In this document: positions 40,215-52,206 of the stretch, in pieces | Numbering within the stretch: position 1 is the stretch's first letter | Layout of the letters: the number at the start of each line of letters is the position of its first letter | Origin: an uncultured Acidobacteriota bacterium | Lineage (GTDB): Bacteria > Acidobacteriota > Thermoanaerobaculia > Multivoradales > SZUA-115 | Assembly: GCA_963805975.1 (NCBI GenBank) | Contig: CAWDVR010000005.1 | Location: 544,001-608,000 of the forward strand | Reading direction: 5' to 3' | Length of the DNA: 64,000 nucleotides | The notes under the pieces: model-generated | Told to the model about the DNA's origin: nothing | The model's input: only the letters and a program-made list of their open reading frames with translations | Databases searched by the model: none | Translations under genes and position numbers: made by a program

Positions 40215-40249
40215 GCTACATTTGTGGCTGATCCTGCTACAGATGTAGC
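40215..40249. promoter_or_regulatory. Tandem BlaI/CopY-type operator boxes
   Basis: GCTACAttTGTgGC (40215-40228) and perfect GCTACAgaTGTAGC (40236-40249) match the TACAnnTGTA consensus upstream of the blaI-like gene. Confidence 0.85.
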
Positions 40250-40303
40250 CTGGCGTCAAGAGGGCGGGTGGTGCTCCTGAGCCGCGAGGGAGGGCCGTCG
40301 CCG

Positions 40304-40669
40304 TCAGCCGCCGGCGTTTCGCGTGTAGCGCGGCTGGTAGAGCTGCAGGGTAAAGCCGCCCGGCACCCGGAAGTGCGTCGCCAGGCCGTAGCCGACGTCG
40401 GTCACCTCGTCCGTGAACTCGACGCCGCGCCCCCTGAGCTCGGCCACGGTCTGCTGAATGTCGTCGCAGTAGAACGAGATGTTGTGCGTGCCCGACGGCA
40501 CGCCCTGCTCCTCGTCGGCCGGATGGCAGCCCATCTCCGCCTCGGGGAGGTCGAAGATCAGCCAGCCGCCGCCCACGTCCGTGGCCGGAAAGCCCAGCTT
40601 GTCGCGCAGAAAGGTGCGCAGCTCCTCGGCCTCCGAGGAGTACAACATGGTGTGAACGCCGGTGATCAT
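40304..40669 (-). CDS. VOC/glyoxalase family protein
   Basis: MITGVH, GCHP, ISFYCDDI, DVGYG, LYQPRY motifs. Confidence 0.85.
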   Translation of the reverse strand: MITGVHTMLYSSEAEELRTFLRDKLGFPATDVGGGWLIFDLPEAEMGCHPADEEQGVPSGTHNISFYCDDIQQTVAELRGRGVEFTDEVTDVGYGLATHFRVPGGFTLQLYQPRYTRNAGG

Positions 40670-40711
40670 GACTGGCTCTCCTCTCGAGCCCGTAGCCTAC
40701 TCCCGATCCCC

Positions 40712-41983
40712 CTACCCCACCACTCCCGTCTCCCCTTCCGGCGCAGGCACGGCCGGGATGTGGGGCTCCACCGGGAGGCGGATGCGGAGGGTGTGGAGGA
40801 AGACGCCGAACATCAGGGCGCCGGAGATCACGAACGGCGCCACCATGCCCACGCTCTGGAACACGGCCGTGGACCACACCGGCCCTACCAGGCGTGCCAC
40901 GCCGCCGAAGGCTTGTTGCACGCCCATCGCCTGGCCCGTCTCCTCGGTCTTGAAGCGCTGCGAGAGGAGCGAGGTGGTCACCGGGAAGAGGAGCGCGGTG
41001 CCGATGGGCATGAACGCCGCCGTGAGGGCGAGGCCCACGTAGCCGCTCGCGAGCGGCAGAGTGAGCAGCCCGAGGGCGATGGCGAGCGCCCCGGTGCGCA
41101 TCGTCCACAGCTCGCCGAAGCGGCGCACGATCGGCCCCAGGAGCAGTGCCCGCATGACGAGCGTGATGCTCGCCACGTAGGCGAAGAAGAAGCCGATCGT
41201 CTCCTGGTCGATCTCGAACACCCGGAAGAGGTAGAGCGCCATCACCGGGCCGGAGAGCGACATGAAGGCCAGCATGCCGAAGGCGTAGGTCCAGATCAAC
41301 GAGGCGACCGGCGTGCCCGGCTCGGCGATCACGTCGAGGATGGCGCGGCGGATCGAGGGCCGGGCTCTCGCCGGCCCGTTCGTCTTCTCCTTGGGGAAGG
41401 ACTCGGGCAGCCAGCGCCAGGCGAAGGCGATGTTCACCACGCAGAGGCCGAGCGCCACCAGCCCCGGCGCCGCCGGCCCCAGCCGCACCGAGAGCGATCC
41501 CAGGGCCGGGCCGATCACCACCCCGGCCGAGGTCGCGGCGGTCACCCAGCCCAGCACCTTGGAGCGGTCCTTGGGGTCACTCGAGTCGCTGACGTAGGCC
41601 TGCACCACGCCGATCGTGCCGCCGCCCGCGCCCTGCGCCAGGCGGCAGAAGAAGAGCAGCCAGAGCGCGCCCTGGGTGCCGAAGAGCGCCACCGCCTGCG
41701 GCGTCGCGGAGAGCGCGAAGAGCAGGAAGCCGGCGGCCGAGGCGAAGAGCCCGGCGAGGATCACGGGGCGGCGGCCGTAGCGGTCGGAGGAGCGCCCCCA
41801 GAGCGGGGCGGTGGCGAGCTGCGCGGCGGCGAAGGTGGCGGTGAGCCAGCCGATCAGGGTCGGGCTGGCGCCGTAGTTCTCGGCATAGTAGGGGAGCTGC
41901 GAGAAGAGGATCGAGAAGCCCATCATGTCGACGAATGCCGTCACCATGAGGACCGAGAGGCGCTTCAGGGACTCGCGGGCCAT
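40712..41983 (-). CDS. MFS transporter (TetA/DHA1-like)
   Basis: VDMMGFSI, GRSSDRYGRRP (motif A), GPALG; about 12 transmembrane segments. Confidence 0.92.
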   Translation of the reverse strand: MARESLKRLSVLMVTAFVDMMGFSILFSQLPYYAENYGASPTLIGWLTATFAAAQLATAPLWGRSSDRYGRRPVILAGLFASAAGFLLFALSATPQAVALFGTQGALWLLFFCRLAQGAGGGTIGVVQAYVSDSSDPKDRSKVLGWVTAATSAGVVIGPALGSLSVRLGPAAPGLVALGLCVVNIAFAWRWLPESFPKEKTNGPARARPSIRRAILDVIAEPGTPVASLIWTYAFGMLAFMSLSGPVMALYLFRVFEIDQETIGFFFAYVASITLVMRALLLGPIVRRFGELWTMRTGALAIALGLLTLPLASGYVGLALTAAFMPIGTALLFPVTTSLLSQRFKTEETGQAMGVQQAFGGVARLVGPVWSTAVFQSVGMVAPFVISGALMFGVFLHTLRIRLPVEPHIPAVPAPEGETGVVG

Positions 41984-43650
41984 CAGACCGACTCCTGCCG
42001 GCCGCCCCAGGCGAGGAAGGCCAAGGTGGACGCCACCATCAACAGGACGCCGTAGACGGCGGCGAGGCCCAGCTCGTCGCGGCGCAGGATGGCGTCGATC
42101 GCCATCGAGATGGGGCGGTTGTCCAGGGTGTAGAGAACGATCGAGGCCACGAAGTCGCCCAGCGAGGTGATGAAAGCGAGGCCGGCCCCCGCCACCAGCG
42201 CCGGCCGCAGGATGGGGAGCGTCACCCGGAAGAGGCGCTTGACCCGGCCGGCGCCGAGCGAGGCCGCGGCTTCCTCGAGCGCCGGGTCGAGGGAGCGCAA
42301 GCCGGCCATCGCCGCGCGGCCGGTGAGCGGCAGGCTCCGCACCAGGTAGGCGAGCGGCAGCAGCCAGGGTGTACCTATCAGCACCAGGCGGCCGAGCCAG
42401 GGCGCGTCGACGCTGAAGGTGGTGGCGAGCGACAGCGCGAAGACCGTGGCAGGGAGCGCCCAGGGCAGGGCGATCAACCAGTCGAGCGAGCGGGCGAGCG
42501 GCCCCTGCCGGCCCGCCGAGCCGCGTGCCGCGGCGTAGCCCAGGACCAGGGCGGCGAGCGTCGCCACCGCCGCCATCCAGAACGAGTTGAGGATCGGCCG
42601 CAGGCCCTCGGGCCCGCCCGCCAGGTTGGCGTAGTTGGCGAGCGACAGCACGGGCGGGAAGGGCTCGATGGTCCAGGTGCCGCGGGGAACGAAGGAGACC
42701 AGCAGCAGGGTCGCGTGCGGTAGCAGCAGGAAGGCGGCGAGGGCGCAGGTCGCCACGGTGGCCCCGATTCGACCGGCCCGCGAGGCGATCGGCCGCGGGC
42801 GGGGTGCCACGCCGCGCACCGAGCCGGTGAGGCGCTGCCGCGCATCGAGCTGCTGCGAGAGGTAGAGCGCCGCGAGCGCCAGGAGCCCCAGGGCCACGGA
42901 CTCCACGTGGGCGATCCCCAGGTCGCCGTTCATCTTGGAGGCCAGGATCTGCGTGGTCATCACCCGGAAGCTGCCGCCGAAGAGGTAGGGCGCCGAGAAC
43001 GAGCCCAGCGCGGTCATGAACGTGAGGAGCGCGGCCCCGGCGAGCGCCGGCTTCAAGAGCGGCAGCGTCACCTGCCGGAGGGTGCGCCAGCGCCCGGCGC
43101 CGAGCGCCGCCGCGGCCTCGGGCAGCGACGGGTCGAGCCGGGCGAGCCCGGCGCGGGTGAAGAGGTAGAAGTACACGTACATCGAGTAGGCGTGGACGAG
43201 GAGGATCGCCCCCGGGCCGGAGAGCCGCCAGGGAGGAGCTTCGAGGCCCAGCAGCCACTGGACCGCCCGCGAGGCGAAACCGCTCTCGCCGTAGAGGAAG
43301 AGGAAGGCGATCACGCCCACCAGCGGCGGCAAGGCCACCGGCAGGGCCACCAGCGCCCTCACCAGCCGGCGGCCGGGGAAGTCCACGCGCTCGAAGAGGA
43401 AGGCGAGAGGCACACCGATCGCCGCCGCCAGCGCCACCGAAGCGAGTGAGATCCAGAGGCTGCGCCAGAGTGCCTGCCACTCGGTGGCACGGCTCGCGAA
43501 CTCCAGGACGTAGCCGAGCCCGGGGCTGGTCCAGCCGCCGAAGGCCTCGCCCACGGCGATCAGCAGCGGGTAGCCCACCAGCCAGGCGAGGAGCGCCGCG
43601 GTCGCGAGGCGTGGCCCCTGATTCAGACCCAAGAGGGCCGGGCGCTTCAC
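41983..43650 (-). CDS. Fe(III)/polyamine-type ABC transporter permease (FbpB-like)
   Basis: Two EAA motifs (LPEAAAALGA, LEEAAASLGA); GTG at 43650. Confidence 0.9.
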   Translation of the reverse strand: MKRPALLGLNQGPRLATAALLAWLVGYPLLIAVGEAFGGWTSPGLGYVLEFASRATEWQALWRSLWISLASVALAAAIGVPLAFLFERVDFPGRRLVRALVALPVALPPLVGVIAFLFLYGESGFASRAVQWLLGLEAPPWRLSGPGAILLVHAYSMYVYFYLFTRAGLARLDPSLPEAAAALGAGRWRTLRQVTLPLLKPALAGAALLTFMTALGSFSAPYLFGGSFRVMTTQILASKMNGDLGIAHVESVALGLLALAALYLSQQLDARQRLTGSVRGVAPRPRPIASRAGRIGATVATCALAAFLLLPHATLLLVSFVPRGTWTIEPFPPVLSLANYANLAGGPEGLRPILNSFWMAAVATLAALVLGYAAARGSAGRQGPLARSLDWLIALPWALPATVFALSLATTFSVDAPWLGRLVLIGTPWLLPLAYLVRSLPLTGRAAMAGLRSLDPALEEAAASLGAGRVKRLFRVTLPILRPALVAGAGLAFITSLGDFVASIVLYTLDNRPISMAIDAILRRDELGLAAVYGVLLMVASTLAFLAWGGRQESV

Positions 43651-44738
43651 CGGGCCGCCCGCGGGAAGATGCGCGGCAGGGGCCCGGTTCCCGAAGCCGC
43701 CACCCACACCCGGTCGCCGGGGCGGCAGGCGGCGGCGCCGGGGGTCAGCACCTCGATCTCGACGCCGGTCGGGAGCGCCACCGTGGTGTAGGTCAGGGGC
43801 CCGGCATAGCGGCGGTCGGCGACGGTGCCCTCGACCGCGCCGGCTCTCCCGGCCTCCACCAGGGCCAGGGCCTCCGGCCGCACCGCGAGCTCCACGGCGG
43901 CGCCGGCAGAAAGCTCGCCGGCGAGCTCTCCGCGCCATGCGACCGGCGCACCCGCGGCGTCCAGCAAACCGTCGAGCGCCACGGCCGCACTGCCGCCCGC
44001 GTGGGTCAGCGTCCCGGGCAGGAAGCTCGCCCTGCCGATGAAGCCGGCCACGAAGCGGTTCGCCGGCCGCTGGTAGAGCTCCTCGGGCGTCCCCACCTGC
44101 TGCAGGCGGCCCTGGTGGAGCACGCCCACGCGGTCGCCCAGCTCGAAGGCTTCCTCCTGCTCGTGGGTCACCAGCACGGTGGTGATCCCCACCTGCCGCA
44201 CCAGCTTGGCGAGGGCGCGGCGGGTGCGCTCGCGGAGCGTGGGGTCCAGGTTCGAGAGCGGCTCGTCGAGCAGCAGCACGCGGGGCTCGGGGGCGAGCGC
44301 CCGCGCCACGGCCACGCGCTGCTGCTGGCCGCCGGAGATCGCGGTCACCGGCCGATCCTCGAAGCCGCCCATCTCGACGCGCTCCAGAGCGGTGCGTACG
44401 CGGGAGGCCACGCTTGCCTTGTCGCCGGTGAGGCCGAAGGCGACGTTGCCGCCGACCGAGAGGTGGGGGAAGAGGGCGTAGTGCTGGAAGACCATGCCGA
44501 AGCGACGCTGGGCCGGGGGCAGGCGCGTCACCTCCTCGCCGGCCACCCGGATACGCCCGGCGTCGGGGGTCTCGAAGCCGGCCAGCAGGCGCAGCGCCGT
44601 CGTCTTGCCGCTGCCGCTCGGGCCCAGGAGGGCGAAGATCTCGCCTTTTTCGATGCCGATGGAAAGGTCGGTGAGCACGCTCGCGGCCCCGAAGCTCTTG
44701 CTGAGGCCCTCCAGCAGCAGGTACGCCGCGCCGCTCAC
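43647..44738 (-). CDS. ABC transporter ATP-binding protein (FbpC/PotA-like)
   Basis: GPSGSGKT, ISGGQQQR, LLDEP, C-terminal TOBE-like region. Confidence 0.93.
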   Translation of the reverse strand: MSGAAYLLLEGLSKSFGAASVLTDLSIGIEKGEIFALLGPSGSGKTTALRLLAGFETPDAGRIRVAGEEVTRLPPAQRRFGMVFQHYALFPHLSVGGNVAFGLTGDKASVASRVRTALERVEMGGFEDRPVTAISGGQQQRVAVARALAPEPRVLLLDEPLSNLDPTLRERTRRALAKLVRQVGITTVLVTHEQEEAFELGDRVGVLHQGRLQQVGTPEELYQRPANRFVAGFIGRASFLPGTLTHAGGSAAVALDGLLDAAGAPVAWRGELAGELSAGAAVELAVRPEALALVEAGRAGAVEGTVADRRYAGPLTYTTVALPTGVEIEVLTPGAAACRPGDRVWVAASGTGPLPRIFPRAAR

Positions 44739-44796
44739 CTAGTTGCACCTTCCGCCGACGTTTGTAGGAGAGGCCGTTTGGTAGGAGAGGTCGGGA

Positions 44797-45837
44797 TCAA
44801 GATCCCGACCTGCCGCGGACCGTGCGGTCCCAGGTGGCCATCCACTCCTTCTCCTTCTGTGCCACCAGCGCGCGGTCGACCTGCGCCGGCACCATCTCGT
44901 CGAGCACGCTCCGCGCCCAGTCCGGCAGGCTCTCGCGCGGCAGGTCGGTGCGGGCGGGCAGGCGGAAGGCCGTCTCGGCGGCGAAGCGCTGGCCGTCGAC
45001 GCTTCCCACCCACTCGATGAAGGCTTTGGCGGTCTCGGGGTGCGGCGCGCCCTTCACCAGGCCCATCGAGTCCTCGATCACCGGTGTTCCCGAGACCGGG
45101 AACTTGTAGGCGAGCGGCCGGCCCCGGTACTGCTGCCAGAGCATGTCGGTCAGCTCCCATACGGTGACGATGCCCTCGCGCCGGGTCAGCTTCTCGAGCA
45201 TCAGGGCCGGGGTCGAGACGTACTCCTTGGTCTGGGCGTCGAAGCGCCGCAGCCACTGCCAGCCGCGCTCCTCGCTCCCGGTCTCGGCGAGCGAGCGGGC
45301 GAGGACCAGGGCGAAGAGGGTGCGCATGGTGCCGGAAGCGAGCGGGTCGCGGATCAGGATCTTGCCGCTGAAGCGGGGATCGAGGAGGTCGTCCCAATCG
45401 TCCGGGGCCTGGTCCGCCGGCAGCGCGTCCTTGTTGTAGGCGAGGACGGGGGCCGTGCGATAGGTGGCGAAGTAGAGGTCCTTCGGACCGCGGCCGTCGG
45501 CGGCGATCGACTCCGCCCAGCTCGGCCGGTAAGGCTCGAGGAGGCCCTCCTCCGCGCCGCGCGCCAGGATGGTCGAAGGGCCGCCGAACCACACGTCGGC
45601 CTGCGGGTTGGGACCCTCGGCGCGCACCCGGTCGTAGACCTCCTGCGAGCCCATGAAGAGCCACACGAGATCGACCTCGGGATGCAGACGCTCGTACTCC
45701 TTCTCGACCGGTTCCAGGAGCTCCGGCCCGTGCGGCGAGTAGACGACGAGCCGCGGCTGTGCCTCGCCGCCGCAGCCGGCGAGAGCGAGGCCGGAAAGCA
45801 ATAGAAAGGCGTGGCGGGACAGACGATGAGGTCTCAT
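44797..45837 (-). CDS. ABC transporter substrate-binding lipoprotein
   Basis: LAGC lipobox, LVVYSPH, PQADVWFGG, DPLASGT motifs. Confidence 0.9.
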   Translation of the reverse strand: MRPHRLSRHAFLLLSGLALAGCGGEAQPRLVVYSPHGPELLEPVEKEYERLHPEVDLVWLFMGSQEVYDRVRAEGPNPQADVWFGGPSTILARGAEEGLLEPYRPSWAESIAADGRGPKDLYFATYRTAPVLAYNKDALPADQAPDDWDDLLDPRFSGKILIRDPLASGTMRTLFALVLARSLAETGSEERGWQWLRRFDAQTKEYVSTPALMLEKLTRREGIVTVWELTDMLWQQYRGRPLAYKFPVSGTPVIEDSMGLVKGAPHPETAKAFIEWVGSVDGQRFAAETAFRLPARTDLPRESLPDWARSVLDEMVPAQVDRALVAQKEKEWMATWDRTVRGRSGS

Positions 45838-45908
45838 GGTGTGGGCCCGGCGGGCGGCTGCCGAGTCTACCCCGTGGCGCCTGGAACCGCGATATTCTCG
45901 GCCGCGCC

Positions 45909-48398
45909 ATGGAGAGCACCCAAGTCGCAGCGCCGCCCGCCGAAATCGCATCCTCCGAACGCGAGGTCTTCGAGGTCTTCCGCCGCTGGGGCTATCTGCG
46001 CGCCCAGCTCGATCCCTTCGGCCGGCTCGAGCCGGCGCCTCATCCGGAGCTCGACGCCTTCTCCGGCGAGGCGGCGGAGCGGGCGCGGCGCATCTACTGC
46101 GGCTCGATCGGCATCGAGCTCGCGCACATCCCCGATCCCGAGCGGCGCCGCTACCTGGCTGAGCGCATGGAGGCCGAGCCGCCCGCCTTCGACCGCCGGC
46201 GGATGCTCGAGAGATTGCTCGAGGCCGAGCTCTTCGAGCAGGTGCTCCAGCAGCGCTACCTGGGGAGCAAGCGCTTCTCGCTCGAGGGGGTGACGGCGCT
46301 GGTGCCGCTCCTCGACGAGATGGTGCTCGGTCTGATCGCGCACGGCGGGCAGCAGACGGTGATGGCGATGAGCCACCGCGGGCGCCTCAACGTGATGGCG
46401 CACGTGGTGGGCCTGCCGGCGGCGGACCTCTTCGCCGGTTTCGAGGACGTGGACCCGAAGAGCGTGCTGGGCAGCGGCGACGTCAAGTATCACCTGGGCG
46501 CCACCGGACACCATCCGCTCGATGCGGAGCGGCGGCTGCGCATCCACCTGGTCTCGAACCCCTCGCACCTCGAGGCCGTGCACCCGGTGGCGCTCGGCCG
46601 GGTCAAGGCCAAGCAGCAGCGCATCGGCGGCGACGGCTGGGCGCGGGTGGTGCCGATCGTGATGCACGGCGACGCGGCCTTCGCCGGCCAGGGGATCATG
46701 GCCGAGGCCCTCAACCTGGCGCACCTCCCGGGCTACGACGTCGGCGGCACCCTGCACGTGATCGTCAACAACCTGATCGGCTTCACCACCGAGCCGGCGG
46801 AGCTGCACAGCACGCGCTTCGCCTCGGACGTGGCCAAGCGGTTGCCGGTGCCCATCCTGCACGTCAACGGCGAAGACCTGGGCGCGGTGGTCAAGGCGGC
46901 GCGGATCGCCGTCGACTACCGCTACGCCTTCCGCGACGACGTGGTGATCGATCTCGTCGGCTACCGGCGCCACGGCCACAGCGAGGTGGACGACCCCACC
47001 ATCACCCAGCCGCGGCTCTACCGGCGGATCAAGGACCACCCCGAGCTGTGGCGGCTCTTCGCCCGCGAGCTGGGCGTCGCCGACGCGGAGGTCGACCAGA
47101 TGGTGGCGGCGGTGCGCGCCAAGTTGGGCGAGGCGCAGGCGCAGGCTGCGCGCATGGAGAAAAAGCCGAGCCTCCGCCAGCTCCCCTCCTACTGGGAGGG
47201 CTTCGTGGGCGGCTTCCACGACCCCGCGCTCGAGGTGGCGACGGGCCTTCCCGCGGCGGAGATCGAGAGCCTGGCCGGGGCGCTGACGGCGGTGCCCGAG
47301 GGCTTCCACCTGCACCCCAAGATCGCGCGGCTCCTGAAGGAACGCGCCGAGATGGGCGCCGGCAACAAGGCGGTCGACTTCGGCATGGCCGAGGCGCTGG
47401 CTTTTGGTTCGCTGGTGAAGCAGGGCGTGCCCGTGCGCCTGACCGGGCAGGACACCGTGCGCGCCACCTTCAGCCAGCGCCAGAGCGTGCTGATCGACAT
47501 CGAGACCGAAAGCGAGCACTGCCCGCTGTCGCACGTCGCTCCCGGCCAGGCGCTGTTCGAGGTCTACAACTCGATGCTCTCCGAGGCCGCGGTGATGGGA
47601 TTCGAGTACGGCTACAGCCGCGACTACCCGGAGGCGCTGATCCTCTGGGAGGCGCAGTTCGGCGACTTCGTCAACGGCGCGCAGATCGTGATCGATCAGT
47701 TCCTGGCCGCCGCCGAGGACAAGTGGCAGCTCCTCTCCGGGCTGGTGCTGCTCCTGCCGCACGGCTACGAGGGGCAGGGGCCGGAGCACTCGAGCTGCCG
47801 GATCGAGCGCTTCCTGCAGCTCGCCGGCGAGGACAACATCCAGGTCTGCCAGCCGGCGACCGCGGCCCAGTACTTCCACCTGCTGCGACGCCAGGCGCTG
47901 CGCAAATGGAGGAAGCCGCTGGTGGTGGCGACGCCCAAGAGCATGCTGCGCCACGCGGCGGCGGCCTCGCCGCGCGAGGCCTTCGCCGCGGAGCGCTTCG
48001 CCAACGTGCTGCCGGACCGCGAGGTGCGGGAGGGCGCGCGACGGGTGCTCCTCTGCAGCGGCAAGATCCGCCACGAGCTGGCCGAGGAGCGCCAGCGGCG
48101 GGGCGTGCGCGACACGGCGATCCTGTCGCTAGACCAGCTCTACCCGTTCCCGAAGGCGGACCTCGAGCGCGAGCTGGCCCAGCATCCGGCGGCGGTCGAG
48201 GTGGTCTGGGTGCAGGAGGAGCCGGCCAACATGGGCCCGCTCTTCTTCGTCCTGCCGCGCATCGAGGACGTGGTGCGCAAGGCGTCGGTGCGCTCCATCA
48301 AGCGGTCGGCCTCCGCCAGCCCCGCCACCGGCTCCGCCAAGGCCCACCAGATGGAGCAGAAGAGCCTGCTGACGCTGGCGTTTACGACGCGGGAGTAG
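45909..48398 (+). CDS. sucA: 2-oxoglutarate dehydrogenase E1 component
   Basis: KRFSLEG, HRGRLN, GDVKYHLG, NPSHLE, HGDAAF, WEAQFGDF, PHGYEGQGPEHSS, QEEPANMG motifs. Confidence 0.95.
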   Translation: MESTQVAAPPAEIASSEREVFEVFRRWGYLRAQLDPFGRLEPAPHPELDAFSGEAAERARRIYCGSIGIELAHIPDPERRRYLAERMEAEPPAFDRRRMLERLLEAELFEQVLQQRYLGSKRFSLEGVTALVPLLDEMVLGLIAHGGQQTVMAMSHRGRLNVMAHVVGLPAADLFAGFEDVDPKSVLGSGDVKYHLGATGHHPLDAERRLRIHLVSNPSHLEAVHPVALGRVKAKQQRIGGDGWARVVPIVMHGDAAFAGQGIMAEALNLAHLPGYDVGGTLHVIVNNLIGFTTEPAELHSTRFASDVAKRLPVPILHVNGEDLGAVVKAARIAVDYRYAFRDDVVIDLVGYRRHGHSEVDDPTITQPRLYRRIKDHPELWRLFARELGVADAEVDQMVAAVRAKLGEAQAQAARMEKKPSLRQLPSYWEGFVGGFHDPALEVATGLPAAEIESLAGALTAVPEGFHLHPKIARLLKERAEMGAGNKAVDFGMAEALAFGSLVKQGVPVRLTGQDTVRATFSQRQSVLIDIETESEHCPLSHVAPGQALFEVYNSMLSEAAVMGFEYGYSRDYPEALILWEAQFGDFVNGAQIVIDQFLAAAEDKWQLLSGLVLLLPHGYEGQGPEHSSCRIERFLQLAGEDNIQVCQPATAAQYFHLLRRQALRKWRKPLVVATPKSMLRHAAAASPREAFAAERFANVLPDREVREGARRVLLCSGKIRHELAEERQRRGVRDTAILSLDQLYPFPKADLERELAQHPAAVEVVWVQEEPANMGPLFFVLPRIEDVVRKASVRSIKRSASASPATGSAKAHQMEQKSLLTLAFTTRE

Positions 48399-48921
48399 GC
48401 GGCAGGCCTTTGAGCACGTCGCGCTTGTCGCGCACTTCCATGCGCGCGGCCACGTAGTCGGCGTGGGAGAAGCCGAGCTCGTTGGCGATCTGGCGCACCT
48501 GGTTCTCTTCGGCGCCGGAGACCGAGTCGTCGGCCGCCGAGACCGCGAACAGGCAGGAGAGGAGACGGCGCCGTTCCTCCGCGGTGGCCACTTCTTTGAA
48601 CTCGCGGGTGACGAGGAAGTTCTCGGTGCCGCCGAAGAGGCGGCTCTGGCTCTTGGCGATTTCCACCACCAGCACCGCCTGCGCCTCGGGCAAGCCGCCC
48701 ACCTCTGTCACCAGCCGCTCCATGATGCGGGTCTCCGGGTCGCTGATCTCGAGGTCGGCGTGCGCCACGCGCGAGAGGAGATAAGCGAAAGCCGCGAGAT
48801 ACCTCGCCCTCTCCGCCGGCAGTGCGTCGAGCTGGCGGACGATCTTGCGCACCGACTCGGTCTCGGCCGTGCCCGTGGTCTCCGCCTCGCGGCCCAGTCC
48901 TAGGAATTTGAGGATCGACAT
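48382..48921 (-). CDS. TerB family protein
   Basis: ATG at 48921 (MSILKFLGL); VAHADLEIS...E and VSAADDSVSGAEE TerB-type motifs. Confidence 0.8.
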   Translation of the reverse strand: MSILKFLGLGREAETTGTAETESVRKIVRQLDALPAERARYLAAFAYLLSRVAHADLEISDPETRIMERLVTEVGGLPEAQAVLVVEIAKSQSRLFGGTENFLVTREFKEVATAEERRRLLSCLFAVSAADDSVSGAEENQVRQIANELGFSHADYVAARMEVRDKRDVLKGLPPTPAS

Positions 48922-49036
48922 CGCTGTTGCCTGGGAGGAATCGAGTATGGCACAGCTCCCCGGCACTCTCCGCCCCACCGTTCGCAGCGCCGCGCGCCAA
49001 CTTTCCGGCTCCGGGGATCTGCGATACCGTCGCGAC

Positions 49037-50890
<1,854 letters not shown>

Positions 50891-50925
50891 TCGGCAGAAA
50901 ACCCATTCGACGGGAGGCTCCCGCC

Positions 50926-51357
50926 ATGTCGCACGACGTTCTTCGGAGGACCCTTCAACTGGCCGCGGTCGCGGCCACCCTCTGGTCTCTCGGGATCTCC
51001 CTCTTCATCGCCTTCGCTCCCAGGGTCCGGGTCGGCTACGAAGCCACGGAGAGCGGTGTCCTGAACGAAGCGGATGCCCTCTACCACGTCGAGACGTATC
51101 GAGAGCGGGGCGCAGGAGACCTCATCGCGCCGGCGATCCCCTTCCTGATGGCCGTCGGGGCCTGCCTCGCTCTCTACCGCGGCCGTCCGGGAGTGGCACT
51201 GGCGAGCTCGATGGCACTGCTGTTGTTCTCGTTTCTTACCGGCTTCTCGATCGGCTCGCGCCTCATCCCTGCGGCGCTCCTGCTCGTCGTGGTCTCACTG
51301 GTCGCTGGCGTCGCTGCCTCACATCGAGAGGTAGCCGTCGTTGACCATGGTCCTTGA
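50926..51357 (+). CDS. Hypothetical membrane protein
   Basis: GGGAGG ribosome-binding site; about four hydrophobic segments. Confidence 0.6.
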   Translation: MSHDVLRRTLQLAAVAATLWSLGISLFIAFAPRVRVGYEATESGVLNEADALYHVETYRERGAGDLIAPAIPFLMAVGACLALYRGRPGVALASSMALLLFSFLTGFSIGSRLIPAALLLVVVSLVAGVAASHREVAVVDHGP

Positions 51358-51365
51358 CCATGGTA
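51341..51365. promoter_or_regulatory. Tandem palindromic operator upstream of vapBC
   Basis: TTGACCATGGT occurs twice with a 13-bp period; the core ACCATGGT is palindromic and ends about 10 nt before the antitoxin start. Confidence 0.7.
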
Positions 51366-51375
51366 CGTTTCTGAC

Positions 51376-51615
51376 GTGGAAAGCCTGGCGATCTCGAAGT
51401 TCAAGGCCACCTGCCTCGCCGTGCTGGAGCGGGTACAGAAGACGGGCCAGCCCGTCCTGGTCACCAAGCGTGGTGTCCCGGTCGCGCAGGTCGTGCCGCC
51501 TCCCACGCCCGCAGTCTCCAAGAACAGCGCTTTTGGAGCCCTTGCGGGAACCGCATGGGAGATCGAGGACATTCTGGAACCCCTTCCGGCGGAAGACTGG
51601 GAAGCGCTGCGTTGA
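51376..51615 (+). CDS. Phd/YefM family antitoxin
   Basis: ISKFKATCLAVLERV...VTKRGVPVAQVVP and FGAL.G...DI.EP...W pattern. Confidence 0.9.
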   Translation: MESLAISKFKATCLAVLERVQKTGQPVLVTKRGVPVAQVVPPPTPAVSKNSAFGALAGTAWEIEDILEPLPAEDWEALR

Positions 51616-52007
51616 CCGGGTATCTGCTGGATACCCACATCTGGTTCTGGTACTTGACCGGCTCGCAGCGGCTTCCGGCCGAGCTCCGGGAGGTCGTTGG
51701 CTCGAGCAGCGACCGATGCTGGCTTTCTCCCATCTCGGTTTGGGAGCTGGGTCTTCTGGCAAGTCGACGGCGAGTGGGAATTGCTGGTGACTATCGAGAC
51801 TGGCTCGATCGAGCCCACCTGGTGCTGCCACTCAAAGAAGCTCATCTCAGCCGAGAGATCGCTTTGAAGAGCATCGAGTTGAACTTGCCTCACCGTGACC
51901 CGGCGGACCACTTCCTCGCCGCAACAGCCCTGGTGTTCGATCTCACCCTGCTGACCGTGGACGACAACCTCACCTCGGCAGCGTGGCTGCCGACGATGTC
52001 CGGTTGA
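51612..52007 (+). CDS. vapC: VapC PIN-domain toxin
   Basis: YLLDTHIW, SPISVWE, HRDPAD, LTVD motifs; TTG overlaps the antitoxin stop. Confidence 0.9.
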   Translation: MTGYLLDTHIWFWYLTGSQRLPAELREVVGSSSDRCWLSPISVWELGLLASRRRVGIAGDYRDWLDRAHLVLPLKEAHLSREIALKSIELNLPHRDPADHFLAATALVFDLTLLTVDDNLTSAAWLPTMSG

Positions 52008-52206
52008 GCTCGCTCTCGCCTTGCGGGTCGCCAGCCCGTGCTCCAGAAGAGCTGAAACACCGCCGTGATATCATCGCTGTGAGCCTCGTCAGGATCTCCG
52101 GCTCACGTCTTCCGCAGATGCTTCGATCCTTCCTCTTCTCTCACGACTTCAGGCAACGAAGTTGCCATCCGCCACGGATCTCACGTTCCACGGCGCAAGA
52201 GCCTGC

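Noticed and set aside
44759-44790. Short direct repeat CGTTT(G)GTAGGAGAGG in the ABC operon spacer
   Set aside because: Two imperfect copies only, with no supportable function.
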